This document shows positions 23,794 to 37,333 of a stretch of DNA of 64,000 nt, in pieces. A program made the position numbers and the translations under genes. Position 1 is the stretch's first letter. Every line of letters begins with the position of its first letter. The DNA lies in contig CDMY01000831.1 of NCBI GenBank assembly GCA_001179505.1, positions 1 through 64,000 on the forward strand, given 5' to 3'. The notes under the pieces were generated by a model. The model was given only the letters and a program-made list of their open reading frames with translations, made no database searches and was not told the origin of the DNA. Origin of the DNA: Vitrella brassicaformis CCMP3155. Lineage: Eukaryota; Protista; Chromerida.

Positions 23794-26124
23794 ATGCCTC
23801 GAGCATGGAAGAAGACGAGCACAAACCCAGACAAGATGACAGTAAGGCTTCTGAGGGCCAACCAGCGAAGGACGAGGATGACAGAGCGCCGGCTGCAGGT
23901 CATAGACTCGAAGGTTCAATCGAGTGCGCTCATCGTTGTGCTCGGTGTGTCACTAGATTGGCGTCACGCGGCTGTCGAGCAAGCTATCGGGGACATTCAG
24001 CACTGCGACTTCGTCGCAATAGACCTCGGTACACGCAATGTGAGGCGTTGGGCTTTCTGAGAGCTCTGTCTTCTATGCATCTGTGTGCAGAGTTCACTGG
24101 TCTCTTCAAGGACGGCACGTCACGCAAATCTACTATGGAGGTATTTTCGCACAGACGGGCAAGGAGAGGCATGGATGCCTATCGTGTGTTGCCTGTGAAT
24201 ATCCAGCTGTACTATGACCACTGCCGCGACAGCGTCCCACAGTTCCTGACGGGTGAGTGCGACGACCAAAGGTGGCACAGGCACGCTGCTGGGGTGGAAG
24301 ACTACTCTGTTCGTGTGGCTGTGTGTCTGTGCGTGCAGTGCAGCTGGGCATTTGTGCGGTCAAGCGTGATGCAGAGGACCCGAATATGTGGGTGCTGTCG
24401 CCACACAACTTCAACGCGTTCCCAGCACTGGTACGGCGTGTGGGTGTGGCGGTCAACCACCATGAGTGAGTGAGTGGCGGTCTCCCCGTATGTGTGTTTA
24501 TTGGATGCAGCGTCGAGTGTTTCTTTGCGACACAAGCTCCCTTCGCTTCCTCAGACGGAATGGATTTGACCTCAACAAATGGATTGATGACAGGTCGGTA
24601 GGCTGATGGAAAAAGGGAGGAGGCAGGGAGGTCAGTGTGGGCGGGCGATGTGGTGTGGCGTTGGTGTGTGTATGTCCTGATCGAAGGGTCGAGTACGCCC
24701 GTCTGGCTGAGGTGCAGAATGCAAAGGAATCCTATCTCGCATCAAAACTGATGCCCCAGGTGAGCCACACGCAGCCAGCCATCCAACAAACAAACGCCTA
24801 CCTATCGGTGTGATTTTGTCAGGCTGTGATGGATAGCGGCCTTCAGTGCGTGTTGGAGTGCATCATCGAGGCAGAGCGGCCCGTGGTGCTGCACCACGGC
24901 CTTCTCGACATGCTGCACATATACGACAAGTTCATCGGGTGGGTGACGAGCACGCGCATCCCTCTGCAATGCATTTTCAAGGCTCATTCTCTGTCTCTCT
25001 GTGTGTGTATGTGTCCGTCGTTCAGTGAGTTGCCCAGGGACCTGGGTGCCTTCTGCACCGAGTGGCTGCGCCTTTTCTCTGGCGGTGCTTTTGACACGAA
25101 ACACCTGGCGTCACAGGGACGGTACAGTGTGCTGCATCTCAACCACAGCAGGGGGTACGCACTCAGGGACGGGTCGGCAGGATCTGTGTGTGGGTGACAT
25201 GACAGCCGTCTCCTTTGCATGTCTGTCTGGCTGGCTGGCTGGCTGGCTGCAGGAGCACGTCACTTGACGACCTGCGGACACACTTGCTCAAGTAGGCTGG
25301 AGGATGGAAAATGAATCGACCGACGGTCACCTTTCTGTTAATATGTCTATGTGTGCAGGCAGTCCCACATCAGTGCCTTCAAAATAGCCACTGCCCGCAG
25401 CAGCTCCACCTACTCACTCGAGCGTCCTCACGAGGCGTCCAACGAGCACGAGGCGGGGTTCGATGCGCTCGTGACGGCACAGATCTTCATCATAGAGTTG
25501 GAGCTCTTCTTCAGGGCGCAGCAGAGGGCGACGCAGACGGACGGCGGACCGCCGCAGAAGAGGCAAAAAGTGGCTGAGGGGACTGCTGCTGAAGGGGAGG
25601 AGGGAGAGCCCGAAGGGGCTGTGACGGAGGCCTCGAGTGGCCCGACAATGTACGTCTGTGAGCAATCAGCCATAGTGGACATACACACACAGATGACGGA
25701 TATGGTAATGGCTGTGGTTGTGGTTGTGTGTGCACTCAGTCCGCTGGATTGGCTGTCGTCTTCCTTGTGCCACCGCTTCCGCGACACGATTGAAGGTCCG
25801 CCTGCAGCACAGCACACACCCCACCACTGAATCGCACACGATCCATCCCGTTCTCCTCTCCATCACTCTTCTCGTGCAGTGTCTGGCGTGCCCCCTGGCC
25901 ATGTATCGATGGCCAAGCACCTGAAGCGAAGCGACGCCGAAGCGCCGGCTGCTGCGGCTGATGCTGGTGGCGCTGTCGTCGCAGCAACGAGTGAGGATTC
26001 TGTGGTAGATGAGACGCGTGGGTGGAGGGAAGGGCGAGAGAGGAATGGGAGCAGGAATGGAGGGCGGAAGAGGGGTGTGGGGGGAGACGCCAGGGGAGGT
26101 GGAGGTGGGCTGGGCGCCAAGTGA
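23794..26124 (+). CDS. CAF1/PARN-family DEDD deadenylase (start and end approximate)
   Basis: DFVAIDL|EFTGL (exo I), LQLGIC, NFNAFP, FLRRNGFDLNKWI, PVVLHHGLLDMLHIY, FDTKHLA and HEAGFDALVTAQIF (exo III). Confidence 0.85.
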
Positions 26125-26400
26125 GGTCTGTGTGTCGATTGTGATAGAGTAAAGGGATGGCACAGACAAATACGTTTACGATGTGGGGGCTGTGACAGTA
26201 GACCAGACCAGCGTCTGACAGTCTTTGTGTTGGATGCCTGACGGCGGCACCCGATACATACACACACACATACACGCACATGTGTTTGTGTGTCGTATGA
26301 TGATCGGTTGGTCAGTCGGTCGGTCAGTCGGTCGGTCGGTGGGTCTCTTCTCTGCTCGCGATTGATGTATATGTTGTTGCTCACTGAAGTGGTCTGTGGA

Positions 26401-26657
26401 GGTCGGCCGATTCATCTCGCAGGCAGGCCATCGAGCTCCGCTCCCGCTGCAATCCATCGCTCCCTCTGCACTCTGCATATATGCATCACAACCAGAGACA
26501 CCACATGGTTGTTGTGCCCTTGGTTAGTGTTTTGTGTGCATCTTCTCACATATATCGGAGGCCTTGCTCGGTCACCCAGTCCAGTCTATCCGTCGAATGC
26601 GTTTGAGTACGTGCCGACGAATATAAAATGTAGGCAGCAATCTGCAGACAAGGAAGG
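26401..26657 (+). repeat. ~250-bp dispersed repeat (cassette trailer); inverted copy at 44753-44993
   Basis: Long shared runs, e.g. GCATATATGCATCACAACCAGAGACACCACATGGTT and GTGTTTTGTGTGCATCTTCTCACA, match the reverse complement of 44753-44993. Confidence 0.85.
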
Positions 26658-27047
26658 ACGCGCTGCAAGAGGCGTGCTCGCCTTGAATATGTCTCTCTCG
26701 TACACCAAACACTTACTCGAGCGTGTCAGTCACACCGGGCCTCTTCTTGGCTGGCTAACTCGACCGCCAGCTGTGGCTGCAGTTCGCCTGGCGCACACTT
26801 GTCACGGACGAAAGGAAAGACACAATACATCCACACCCATGCACCACTTGTCTGTGTGTGCAGCAAAGACATAGACATCGTGATATAAAATGTAGGCAGC
26901 GATTCTGGTAGTGGGCCGCAGCAGCAGCCAAGCTCTGACCGAGGCCGCCGCTACGGCCCCCACCGCACCACAACAAACACCGGCACACACTGCCACCACC
27001 GTCTTGACTCCTGAGCGCACACACCCAGGCAAACGAGAGAAAGATAA

Positions 27048-28446
27048 TCAAAAGGTTCTCCTAATCTGTGTGTTCCTCTTTTTCCCTACCTCCCATTCAA
27101 GAGTGTTTCTTCCACCCCCTCTCCATCTCCTTGTTGTCGGTTGGGGCGGGGCGGGCTGGTGGGGGGCGGCCGGCTGGTCGGCGGAAGCCTGTGTCCACCT
27201 TGGCCCTCGCCCCCTTGACCATCCCGCCGTCCCAGGTGCCCCTCCACGCCCTCTCCTCCCTCTGCGCAGCTCCTGGTGGGTGGGGATGGCCGCCCTGTGG
27301 GCCTTCACCCACTGGGGGGGCGGTGTGTCGGGCTGGGCGGCGGGGGACGATGAGAGCGGCCTGAGCTGGGACTTCTTGGGCAGGGGCGGGAGGTGGACGA
27401 AGTCCAGCTTGGTGGAGGCCCGGTGGCCGTACTTGGGCATCCACGTGGTGTCGATCTCTTCGACGGCCTGAGTGAATGAAAGCGACAGAGACACAGACAG
27501 CCCCGGTGTGTGGCGGGAGGCACCGATACTCTGCGTTCCATATACGTGGATGTGTGGTCACATGAGCCACTCTGTCGTCACCTGTTCAGCGTGATAGAGT
27601 CCGCTTTTCAGGTGGCGGAGGATCTCGTCGCCCTTCTCTCTCTGCACGCATTCATCGCAGTTTATGAAGTGTGCGACTCATGCCAGCACTCCCGCCGTGT
27701 GCGTGTATATCACCGTCATGTCGACTGAAGCTTGATAAAGAACGGAGCCACCTCGTGAGCCTTGATCGGTGACCCTCAGGTTGAAGTTAGTGCTGTCGAC
27801 AGAGACCAACACAACAGCAACTGCCCGCTTACTCTTCTGCAAATGGCAGGATAAAGGTCGATTCACCCGCCGAAGCAGCGCACAGTCAAAGTCGTGGAGC
27901 CTCGGGACGCGGTCGCGAGGGAGCTTGACCGTGAAGTCCTTCTGCCCACCAGACATTCTCATCTGCACACACACACACACGCATTCTATGAGCCAACGAT
28001 CATTCTATGATTCTGCAACACACCTACAAGCACACTATATTGGGTGGCAGAGCTGCGGCCGCTGCTGCCGGTGCCGCAGCTGCTGATGGCGAGGGGAAGC
28101 CTTGGTTGTTTCCATACGACGCCGCTCCCACCCCATCTGCTGGGCCCGGCACACGTAGTCCACCTTGACCATCAACAGATGGGGGACCGTTGACTGGTGG
28201 TGCAGCAGGCCGTGGCTGGTCGTGAGCATGGTTGGGAGCCAAACGTGATGGGTTGGGGGGCAGCACGAGCACTTGTGCGACGGGTGGATGTGGAGTCATG
28301 GCAGGTGTGGGCGTCCCCGAGGGGAGCTCGGCCTCCTCTGCCGCCAATTCGCCAAACATTACCAGGCCTCGCGCCTCTGCCGCCAAGTCGTCCATCAGGC
28401 GTTTCACATTCTTCCTTGTCTGCAGGCAGGCATGTGAATGATACAC
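27048..28446 (-). CDS. Hypothetical protein of a locally repeated family (boundaries approximate)
   Basis: Exon AVEEIDTTWMPKYGHRASTKLDFVHLPPLP is paralogous to AVEQIDTRWMPKYGNQAVTKLDFVPLPPLP at 46400-46490, including the preceding intron end. EKGDEILRHLKSG resembles EKGEAFKRLNSG at 44.4 and 45.5 kb. Confidence 0.5.
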
Positions 28447-28882
28447 ACATGATACACAACCGACCGACCGACAGACATGCTTAGTAGAGTGTAGGTTAGT
28501 GTAGGTACACCTACCTCTCTCGCTGAGAACTTCGGTCCACTCAGCGTGGTGTCAGCGTACAAACCCACCAGCAGCTCGATCAGTCGGCTGTCGGCACCCT
28601 GTTGACTGTAGCAATGTATCTACAACACACCTATTGCTCACTCATCCACCCTTTCGGCGACGAGGAATGGCGTGCCCTTGACGATGTTCTGACAAGATGT
28701 TCTGGACCAATGAATATGCGAGTCGTTCTTCCATCTACGTACCAGCATGTCGGTGTGGCAGAACCGCTTGCTGTGGAGGCGCAGGAGGCCTGCAGGGCCT
28801 GCCGCAGCAGCGGCATGAGCACCAGCTCCCTCTCCTCGCCCAGCTCGTCGACAAAGCCCTCGTCCGCCAACGTGCTGCGGGC

Positions 28883-28987
28883 AGTGGCAGGGTTTTCTCA
28901 CCGCACGAGAGGAAAAAAGGATGGGAATGACAACACTTCAAACAAAAACCCCTCACGTCTCGGGTTGTCGAGATTAGTGTTTCCAGC
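28883..28987 (+). repeat. ~110-bp dispersed repeat upstream of family genes; inverted copy at 43759-43877
   Basis: TTTTCTCACCGCACGAGAGGAAAAAA(G/C)GATGGGAATGA and GTCTCGGGTTGTCGAGATTAG are shared with the reverse complement of 43759-43877. Confidence 0.85.
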
Positions 28988-29120
28988 CAAGATCTCTCGC
29001 CTCGCCAAATTCGACCCAAGCGGAAAAACACACGCTCTCTCGAGGCTCCAGAACGGTCGCAGCAGTCGGCCAGACACATTGTGTGCCCGCTTTCAAAGGA
29101 GATAAGGCCCCGTTGCCATC

Positions 29121-32100
29121 ATGGCAGAGAGTTCCAAGGCCGCAGAGCCTCCGAACGTCCCACCAGCCAGCCATGGGATGGCAACGGAGGATACGTTTAT
29201 ACACCAGAGCTTCAGGGACGTCAGATATGAGGGAGAGGGTATGCATTCACACTGCATACGATGCATACACACGAGTTTGATGCCATTTCTCGCATGATGC
29301 ACATGCATGGGTATCTCTGTGGATGCAGGTAAGCATGCCGTGGTCTATAGCGGCGTCAAGAGGGAGGGCTGTGGCGTTTTGAAGGAGGTTCCACCAAGGG
29401 AAAGGGTGGCCATCAAAAAGGTATGGAACGTTCGACACGGAATGCACCTTCCATGTGTGTATTTCTGTGTGTGCACTATATCGATGACATGATGCAGTAC
29501 AAGGACACCATCAGGTCGTCGAACGGGACGGATCGCTACTTTTCATACCCGCAGCTCAAAGAGTACTCAGAGAGAGAGGTACGCAGACACATGCCTTTCC
29601 TTCAGTCTTCCATCCCCTTCTCATGACCACTGGTGGATGGATGGATGCATTGCTTGTTTGTGCAGTTTGCGTGCCACGTCCGCGCCGGCGGACATCCGAA
29701 TGTGGTCAAGGCTTATGCCCGATACTCTGCCTACGAGTCGGGTCGAGCCTTTGAGAAGAGCGTGTAGATGGTCATGGAGCTCTGCGGCACGGACCTCAAC
29801 AGGCAGGAGAAGGCCAGGAAGATGGCCGACGCAAACTACGCTGGTGGGTGGGTGAGTGGGTGGGGAGCAAAAAAGCTGTAGAGGAGAATGCGCACGAAAA
29901 TCGCAGGCAAGTCAAGCCTGACGGATGTCTCTTCTCTTTTGTGTGTGTCTTGCCTTTTGCAGGGCCGTCGCTAGAGGAAGTGTGTGACGTGTGGTTCCAG
30001 ATCCTCAGCGGCCTCCACCAACTGCACCGGAAACAACGTCAGCTCAGTCAATACGATACACATTCTCCCCCCCCCCCACACACACACACTGGAGGTTGAT
30101 ATTATGTGATGTGTCCGACTTCTCGTGCAGTCATCCACCTTGATATGAAGGATGACAACTGCATGGTCGGCCAGGACGGCAAGACCGTGAAGGTCGGAGA
30201 TCTAGGTGAGCACGCGGCAGCAAAGATCCCACTGTCCTTGGTAGATGCGAGTGTGGGTGTGGCTGCATGTGCGCAGGGGCGACCAGAGTGCACAACCCCG
30301 ACTCCCGGAGGCACATGGACACCAATGTGGTAAGTAACAAAGGCACACAGACAGACAGAGAGACACACGGAGCGCCAAGGAGACATGCCAACACAGATAA
30401 ATAAAGCCCTTTCTCCCATGCGTTGTCTTTCTTGTTGTGTGAATAGGTGGCTCTCGGCATGCGAGCGCCCGAGCTGCTCATGGGCACGAAACGATACGGC
30501 CCTGAAGTAGACGTCTGGTAAGTCAGTGAGCGGACCCCCTCACACACATATCACCACACCGACCTGCCATGCCGCACCATCATGATTGTGTGTGGTCCTT
30601 TCCGCAATTTGTTACGGACAGGGCGGCCGGTGTCACCATTGCTCAGTTCGCGTCGGGCAGGATGCCTTTCATACCGACGCGGCTCACCGACGACAGAGAG
30701 GTAAGCTGGGCTGGGGGAGAAAGGGCGTGTGTACGATAACACACTTCCGTTCTTGGTCCCGCTTTTCGTGTGGTGCAGGAGGATTTGCTGGGATGCATAG
30801 CGGCCAGTCGTGCGACACCACCATCGCTGCACTGGCTGCACATCGACCGCCCATTCACACAGAGGCTGGTACGTATGGTCACACAGACAGAGGTGTGTGG
30901 TGTACATAGAATTCTGTCCCTTTCTCTCTTTCTCTGCGTCTCTGGGCAGCGCCATCGACGGCTTGCCGTTCGTGAAGATCTGGATGGATCGGTCTCGCGC
31001 GCGGCCACTCACGGTCTGCTGTCACGCTCTAAAGAGCAAGGCTGTTACGGCCGCTTCGACATCGGTCAGGACCATCCTTTAGTGGATCTGCTCGATAGGT
31101 GAGGGACATAGATACACGAATGCATGCGGCTCTCCATCGGCTGACCGACTGCCAACTTGACGTTGTCTTATGTGTGCAGCATGCTGTGTCTCGAGCCTAC
31201 TTTCCGCCTCACAGCAGAGCAGGCTCTGAACCACCCCGCCCTTGCCGCCGCCAGAGCACAACACGGTGAGTAATGAAGAGACACACGACACACCGGCAGA
31301 AGGAATGCACCTGCTGACGTGTGTGTGTGCACCACAGAATGCTCATCAGCGGCTGTTCAGGCCGCTGCGGCCCACACTGGCCTCAACCATAGCGTCGCCC
31401 CTGAGGCGCCTCTGCCGAGAGAGGTCCAAGACGTGGAGATGAAAGAAAACGACCCAGAGCAGCCCAAAGACCCCGCAGCGTCCACACACGGCTTGGGCGG
31501 CAGTGTTCGAGGGTGGAAGAGGGCTCGTGAAGATGGCCACCAACATGACGATGCGGGCGGTGAGCCAGCAGGAGACGTCAACAAAGGATTCGGTCGCCAA
31601 GAAAGTCAGGGTGCCCCATTCCATGCCCCACCCAACGGCAGTGCGTCAGCGGCCGCAGCAGTGGTTCAGCCTCTCGACCAGCCCATGCACGGTATACAAA
31701 TACACGGACAAAAGAGCCTCAGACGCGCACGGACAGAAATCATGGTGTTTCGTGTTTCCTCTCCCAGACCCACACAACAACGGCGGCGAGCCAGCCAGAG
31801 GTGGAGAGCTTCAGCAGCCAGACGTCAACATGGCCGATCCGCCTCCCCACCCTGATGACGAAGGTCACAGCGGCCGTCATGCGGCCAACAATCAGCCTCC
31901 TGCCATTCATGGTCAGCCTCCCCCTCCTACGGGCAACGCTGCTGATGCAGACCGACGAGCCGACAACGGCCATCGCTCACCAGCGTCAGCAGCGGGTCAG
32001 CCCCAGGCCGGTGAGGCGCCTGACCAGGCCGTACACCAGGATGATGGCGGCGACCAGCAGCGCCTCGACCCCGCAGGCATCGAGTCGAGTCGGAGAGGGG

Positions 32101-32390
32101 CCAAGAGGGGCCGCGATGACGACCGTGACGAGGGGGGTGATGAGATGGGGGATCAGCCTCAGGGCGAGCTTCCTGACCAGGACATGCCGCCCGTCGGTCA
32201 CCCCGGTGGTGATGAGCAGGCCGAAAACGCCGCTGACGAAGGCCGCGGAGGGGCAGTACTGCTCCCCGAGCAGGCCGAGCCTGCTGCCAAGAGGCGTCGA
32301 CGAATCCCACCCGACGAGCAGCCACTGAAACGCCTGCGCCGATCTCCACGGCTACGGAAGCGCAGGAGACGGGAGGAGGGACACGAGTGA
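29121..32390 (+). CDS. CDK-like Ser/Thr kinase with a long acidic/Gln-rich tail; in-frame TAG at 29765-29767 (possible pseudogene)
   Basis: YEGEG|KHAVVY G-loop, VAIKK, HPNVV, MVMELCG, IHLDMKDDNCM, VKVGDLG, MRAPELLMGTKRYGPEVDVW and RLTAEQALNHP. Exons otherwise join in frame. Confidence 0.8.
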
Positions 32391-33014
32391 TCGATTGACC
32401 GACAGGTGCATGGTGTGTACGTGCTGGAATGTATTGGGATGGGGGGATGTAGATGTCGATGTATGGATCAATGTGCTGCTTAAGCGTTGTTGGTCGGTTT
32501 TTGGCGGTGATCGCAGGCAGTGTACTGCCTTCTTTCGGCCGCCCTTAGCAAGGCAGGCAGATAGGGAGGGAGGGAGACGGGCTGCCACCGGCTAGCCCCC
32601 TGCTCATTCCTGCTCCTGGCTTTTGACAGGAGGCTTCGCCGAGAGTGCAGTCCAGGCTGTCCAGCACGTCTAGATTCGTTCATTCAGCTTAGGGATCTAG
32701 CTATCTACTTACTTACCCACCAGTACCTCCCTCTAGCTTCATGTCCTCCATCGTTGAGCGGACAGATTACTTGCGTGTTGACGGACCCATGCATGTGATC
32801 GATACATGTTCATGTGTCTCTTACATGAATGCACTGACTCCATTCATATCTCCACGGAGACATGAAGACGCGTTCATTCATACATTGTCCGCACGCACGT
32901 ACGGCTGTCGAGCTTTTCCCACGTCCGCCTCCCTCCTCTGTCTGTCTGTCTGTCTGTCTGTCTTCTCTGGTGCGATCTGCGCTGGCGATACTGCCACTTG
33001 GCATGCACAGTCAT

Positions 33015-35165
33015 TCACGCATCGTCCAAATCCATCCCATTTTCCCCCTCATCGTTGTCGCCCGCCTGCTCCCCGTCTCCCTCGCGGCTGCCAAAGAGTG
33101 CACAGCTCACAGTCGTCAGCACATCAGGCGGCACTTGGCCGAGCTGCTGCATGCGGCGGCACACCTCCAGCACCTCACTGTCACCCTTGATAGACCCGTC
33201 ATCGTGGCTGCCGAGCAGATAACCCACCATCAGCTTGTCACGCTGCACACGATAGAGACACAGATAGAGAGAGACCTGTGTGTCTGTTGAGGCCCTGTCT
33301 TTCATTGAGCAGTGCGTACCGCCTTGCGCATGGCGGGGAGCGGGTCGGAGTCCATCATCCCCAGCGCGTGGGCATACTCGCGGGCCACGGCCTGGTTGTT
33401 GCTCACCAGATCACTCCTGCACAGGTGGAGAGACAAGAAGTGATGGCTGCATGTGTGCGCTGGTCTGTGTCACACACATGGCTTTGGTGGAGGTGAGTTC
33501 GAGTGTGAGTAGCTTGGCCGCCTCCTTGCGCACGGAGCCGTCCTTATCATACAGACGAGAGATGATCATTTGCAACACAGCAGCAGCACGGGCAGTGGAA
33601 TACTCCTGACACACAGAGAGCGACAGATGGAGGCCCATTTGCTAGTGTGTCCCCTCTCTAATTGGTCTCTCCCTCTCACCTCTCGCGAGAGGAGCATGAG
33701 GATGGTAGTGAGTGCCTTGACTGCCGCCAGCCGGACGTGCTTGTGGGGGTCAAGCTCACACGACTTGCTGACACGGATCGTCACTTGCTGACACACATAG
33801 AAGGGACAGCGCACATTGATGAGGGGGACGGCAAGACGGGCGCTGCTTTCGACTGGTTTGTCACCCGCTGGTATGCCTTGCTGTGCTCATCGCTGGGCGG
33901 CTGCTCAGCCTGCAATGACCAAATGGACAACATGGATCGTCTCCCTCTGTATCGGCCGACAATTGCCCCGTTTCATCTCACCGTGGCCTTGTAGTGGGAT
34001 TCGAGTGCACGTATTACCTCCACACGAGTGTCGGCCACTGCCTCCACCGACAGCAGGTCGAACAGCAGCGGGAGGGCCACACGCACCGCCTCGTCCCGCT
34101 GACCGGCGTCAGTCACCGACACAACCGTCTCGTTGGTCAGATTCCACAGCAACCTGACGGAGAGAACAGGATACAGACTGGCCTGATGGATGGTCAGCGT
34201 GTTGTGTGCCTGCCCGACCTACCTGGTGAGTATTTTGGCTGCAGAGGCCCTCACGTCATCTGCCGGCACGAGCTTGAGAACATTCGTCAAAGTGCGAAAC
34301 AGCCTGAGAGAGGACACAAACGAATCGCACATCCGCCTGCCCATGTCGTCACCATCCCACCTGTCCATGATGGCCTTGTGTTTGAGTGAGCACAGCACCA
34401 GCGCATCCACAACCAAATCGCGAGATGACATCCCCTCGCCCCCCTCACCGCCCCCGTCGGCCTGGTGGCAGAGGGCCATGGTGGCCTTCTCGACCACAGG
34501 CACGAACAGGGTCTGTGCGTCGGCCTCGATGAGTGCGTTGGCGAACGAGTTGACGAACGTGATGGCCTCAGAGGATGAACACGAATCGGTGAAGGCCACC
34601 TGACTGTGCAAAAGAAGATGACCCATGAGGAGTGGCTGTCGTGCGTGGCTGTTGGATGACTCACACGAAGTTGAGCAGTGCTGCGATGACGTCTTTGAGG
34701 TACTCGTCGCTCTCGCCCGCCTGCAGATACGTCGACTCCAGCCGGTCACTGAACGTAGACACCAACTGCAGCAAAGACAGCACAAATGAAAGATCCACCC
34801 ATTCATTCATGCATTCAGCTATGCCACTCCCCTTTCTCCAGACTTACCTCTTCGCTTGATTCGTGCAGTTCCATCGCCATCATGATGTAGATGGCCACCC
34901 GCAGCTGACTCCTGTGGAGGGAAGCCAGCGCCACATTCTCCTCGAGTGTGCGTGTGATGAGGCGGCGGCGGTTCTTGTCAGCGAGGGAGCGGAGGGCGAA
35001 GCTCGGCGGGGCGTCATCGTGCAGGTCGGGCGGGAAGAGGAGTGCGAGAGTGGCGGGCTGGTGGAGGACCGCCTTGCTGTATCTGATCTGAGCGGCGTTT
35101 GGACCCTGTTTGCTCTCGCTGAGCCACTGGGCGTTCTGCTTCGTCAAATACTCGTGGAGATTCAT
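33015..35165 (-). CDS. HEAT/ARM-repeat protein (start uncertain)
   Basis: Helical exons with HEAT-like motifs DPHKHVRLAAVKAL, RLYDKDGSVRKEAAKLL and DDVRASAAKIL. Confidence 0.55.
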
Positions 35166-35431
35166 CAGCTTGACCGCGAGTCAAAGCCTGGCCATCATGT
35201 AAATCCAACTGTCCCCAAGCTTAAGGCATGAAGACGCATTCATTCGTTTCATTCATTGTCCGCACGCACGTATTACTGTCGAGTCGTTCTTTCATCCCAC
35301 CTTCGCCTCCCTCCTCTGTCTGTCTGTCTGTCTGTCTGTCACGCATGCACAGGATGACACATCCCTCCTTGCCCCTTCCCCCGTCCATTCCCCTCATCTG
35401 GTCGTCTGTCCCTCACTCAGTCATCGCTCAT

Positions 35432-37333
35432 TCATCGTCTGTTGGTGTTGCTGAATGGTCGTCGCTGCATCATGGCGGCCGGGTTGTTGTTGAAGGCCTG
35501 TCGGGTGCTGGTTGTGTGGTTCAGGTGCTGAGTAGGGGGCACGAATGACATCTGAGTGACAGCACAATCACACACAGACAAGGAGATCGTTCGTGTGTGT
35601 GTGGAGGTTGTGGTTGTCTGGTCGGTTGACCTGTGTGTTTGTGATGTTTGTCCGCGTGGGCATGTTCTGAGTGGGCAGGTCGAACTCACGATGAGCGGGA
35701 CGAGAAGACGACCTGCACACATGAGTGCACACACATGTGAGTCGTTGTTGTGTTTTGTTTGTCGTACGTGTTGCCGAAGGATCGACGGCTCGCCATGTCC
35801 GCCTTCAGATACTAACAGACACACAGACAGACAGAGATGGGTGCATGTGGATGTGGATAACGTGTCTGTGTGTGTTGACGGTCATTTGCTGTGTAGAAAG
35901 ATTGTGCGACACATGCGACTGACACACAACACAGCACACACACATTGGTCGCGTCCATGTATCGATTCCCCTCGCATACGTGCTGGTTGTGTGTCTGGAG
36001 AGGAGTGGGCGGCTCGACAAGAGGCACCTGCACACACACACAGAAAGAGAGATGCATCAGTGAGTGTGTGTTGGCTGTCTGGTTCACTTGTCTGTTGTTG
36101 AATGGATTGGGTATTCGTTGGATGATTCGAGTGGAGGTCATTGTGGGCTGGGCCTGGTGGGGATACGGGTGCTGCTGCTGCTGCTGCTGCTGCTGTAGTC
36201 GATGGAGGGACGATCGCAACTCAGCCAACTCAGCCTGACAGAATGACACAGACACACAGAGTGTGGACGGTCAGTCGCTGTGTGTCTGTGTGTGTGTGTC
36301 ATGGTTGCCTTGGTGTTGTGCAGTTCGTTGGTCTTCTGCTGCAGTTTATGGTGTACGTGTGTGCAGTCTGTTGGGGTCCACTTTCCATGATCACTGCTCG
36401 TTATGTGTGCCTTTTTCGGGTGAATGAATGGACACTTGATCGCACTGCACGATAGATACGCACACAGACACACACGCCTCGTTTGCTGATGACATTTCTG
36501 TCGCATGTGTGACGGTCGATAAGTGAATCATTCATTCCTCATGGAGTCACTGCATCCCCATGCAATCAAAAGGTCTGACTCAGCAGACAGCACTCCGCCC
36601 ATCCATGTCCATACCCACCCTGGCATCATCCACCACGGTGCACATTTTGTGTGCGGCGGTCATTTCGTTGATGTGCTGTTGCATTGCTTTCCGCTCGGAC
36701 AGCAAGACATGCATCACGGCCTCTTGCTTCTCACGCTGCACACACGATGACGACACACACATCGATATCTGTGAGTCCATCTGTGTGTTGTGTGTGTCGT
36801 GCCTGGAACTTGTAGGCTTCGAATGCCTGAGTGCATGTCTCTTCGAACACAGTCTGGAAGGGTCGCAGGAAGGGCAAAGCAGAGGAGGGCACGGATTTGG
36901 GGTTAGACAGGTCAATCACACCCTCACGCACACTCTGACGCGCACCTGTTGTGACACATACACATACACATAGAGAGAGACATGCCAAGGGTGAAATTGC
37001 TGTATGTCCGTCTGCCTGTGTGTCCACCGACCGCATTTGGTGCACGTGTGTGTCCCATTGTTGGCGGCCGCTGTGCACTGGCTGTAGCACGACTCACACA
37101 TGCAGCACGAACACGACCTGCAACAAACAAACAAAAACACACCGTCACACATCACACATGTATGTGTCTCGAGTGAGAGAGTGCGTGTCCCCCCCAACGC
37201 ACCAGGGGAATCTTGCTCGGGTGACGTGCTGTTTGGTGTGGATGCAGATGTCACACCAGAGAGGGATGAAGCCGCTCGACGACAGGCCACAGTCCTCGAG
37301 GGCCAGAGATGATGAGCCATGGCCATCCATCAT
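35432..37333 (-). CDS. N-terminal RING finger plus coiled coil and Gln/Ser-rich tail, resembling Zip3/RNF212 (start uncertain)
   Basis: LWCDIC...FPW|SCSCCMCESC...CTKC, followed by QAFEAYKFQARH, a coiled coil (EKQEAVMHVLLSERKAMQQHINEM) and a poly-Q disordered tail. Family assignment by eye only. Confidence 0.45.
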
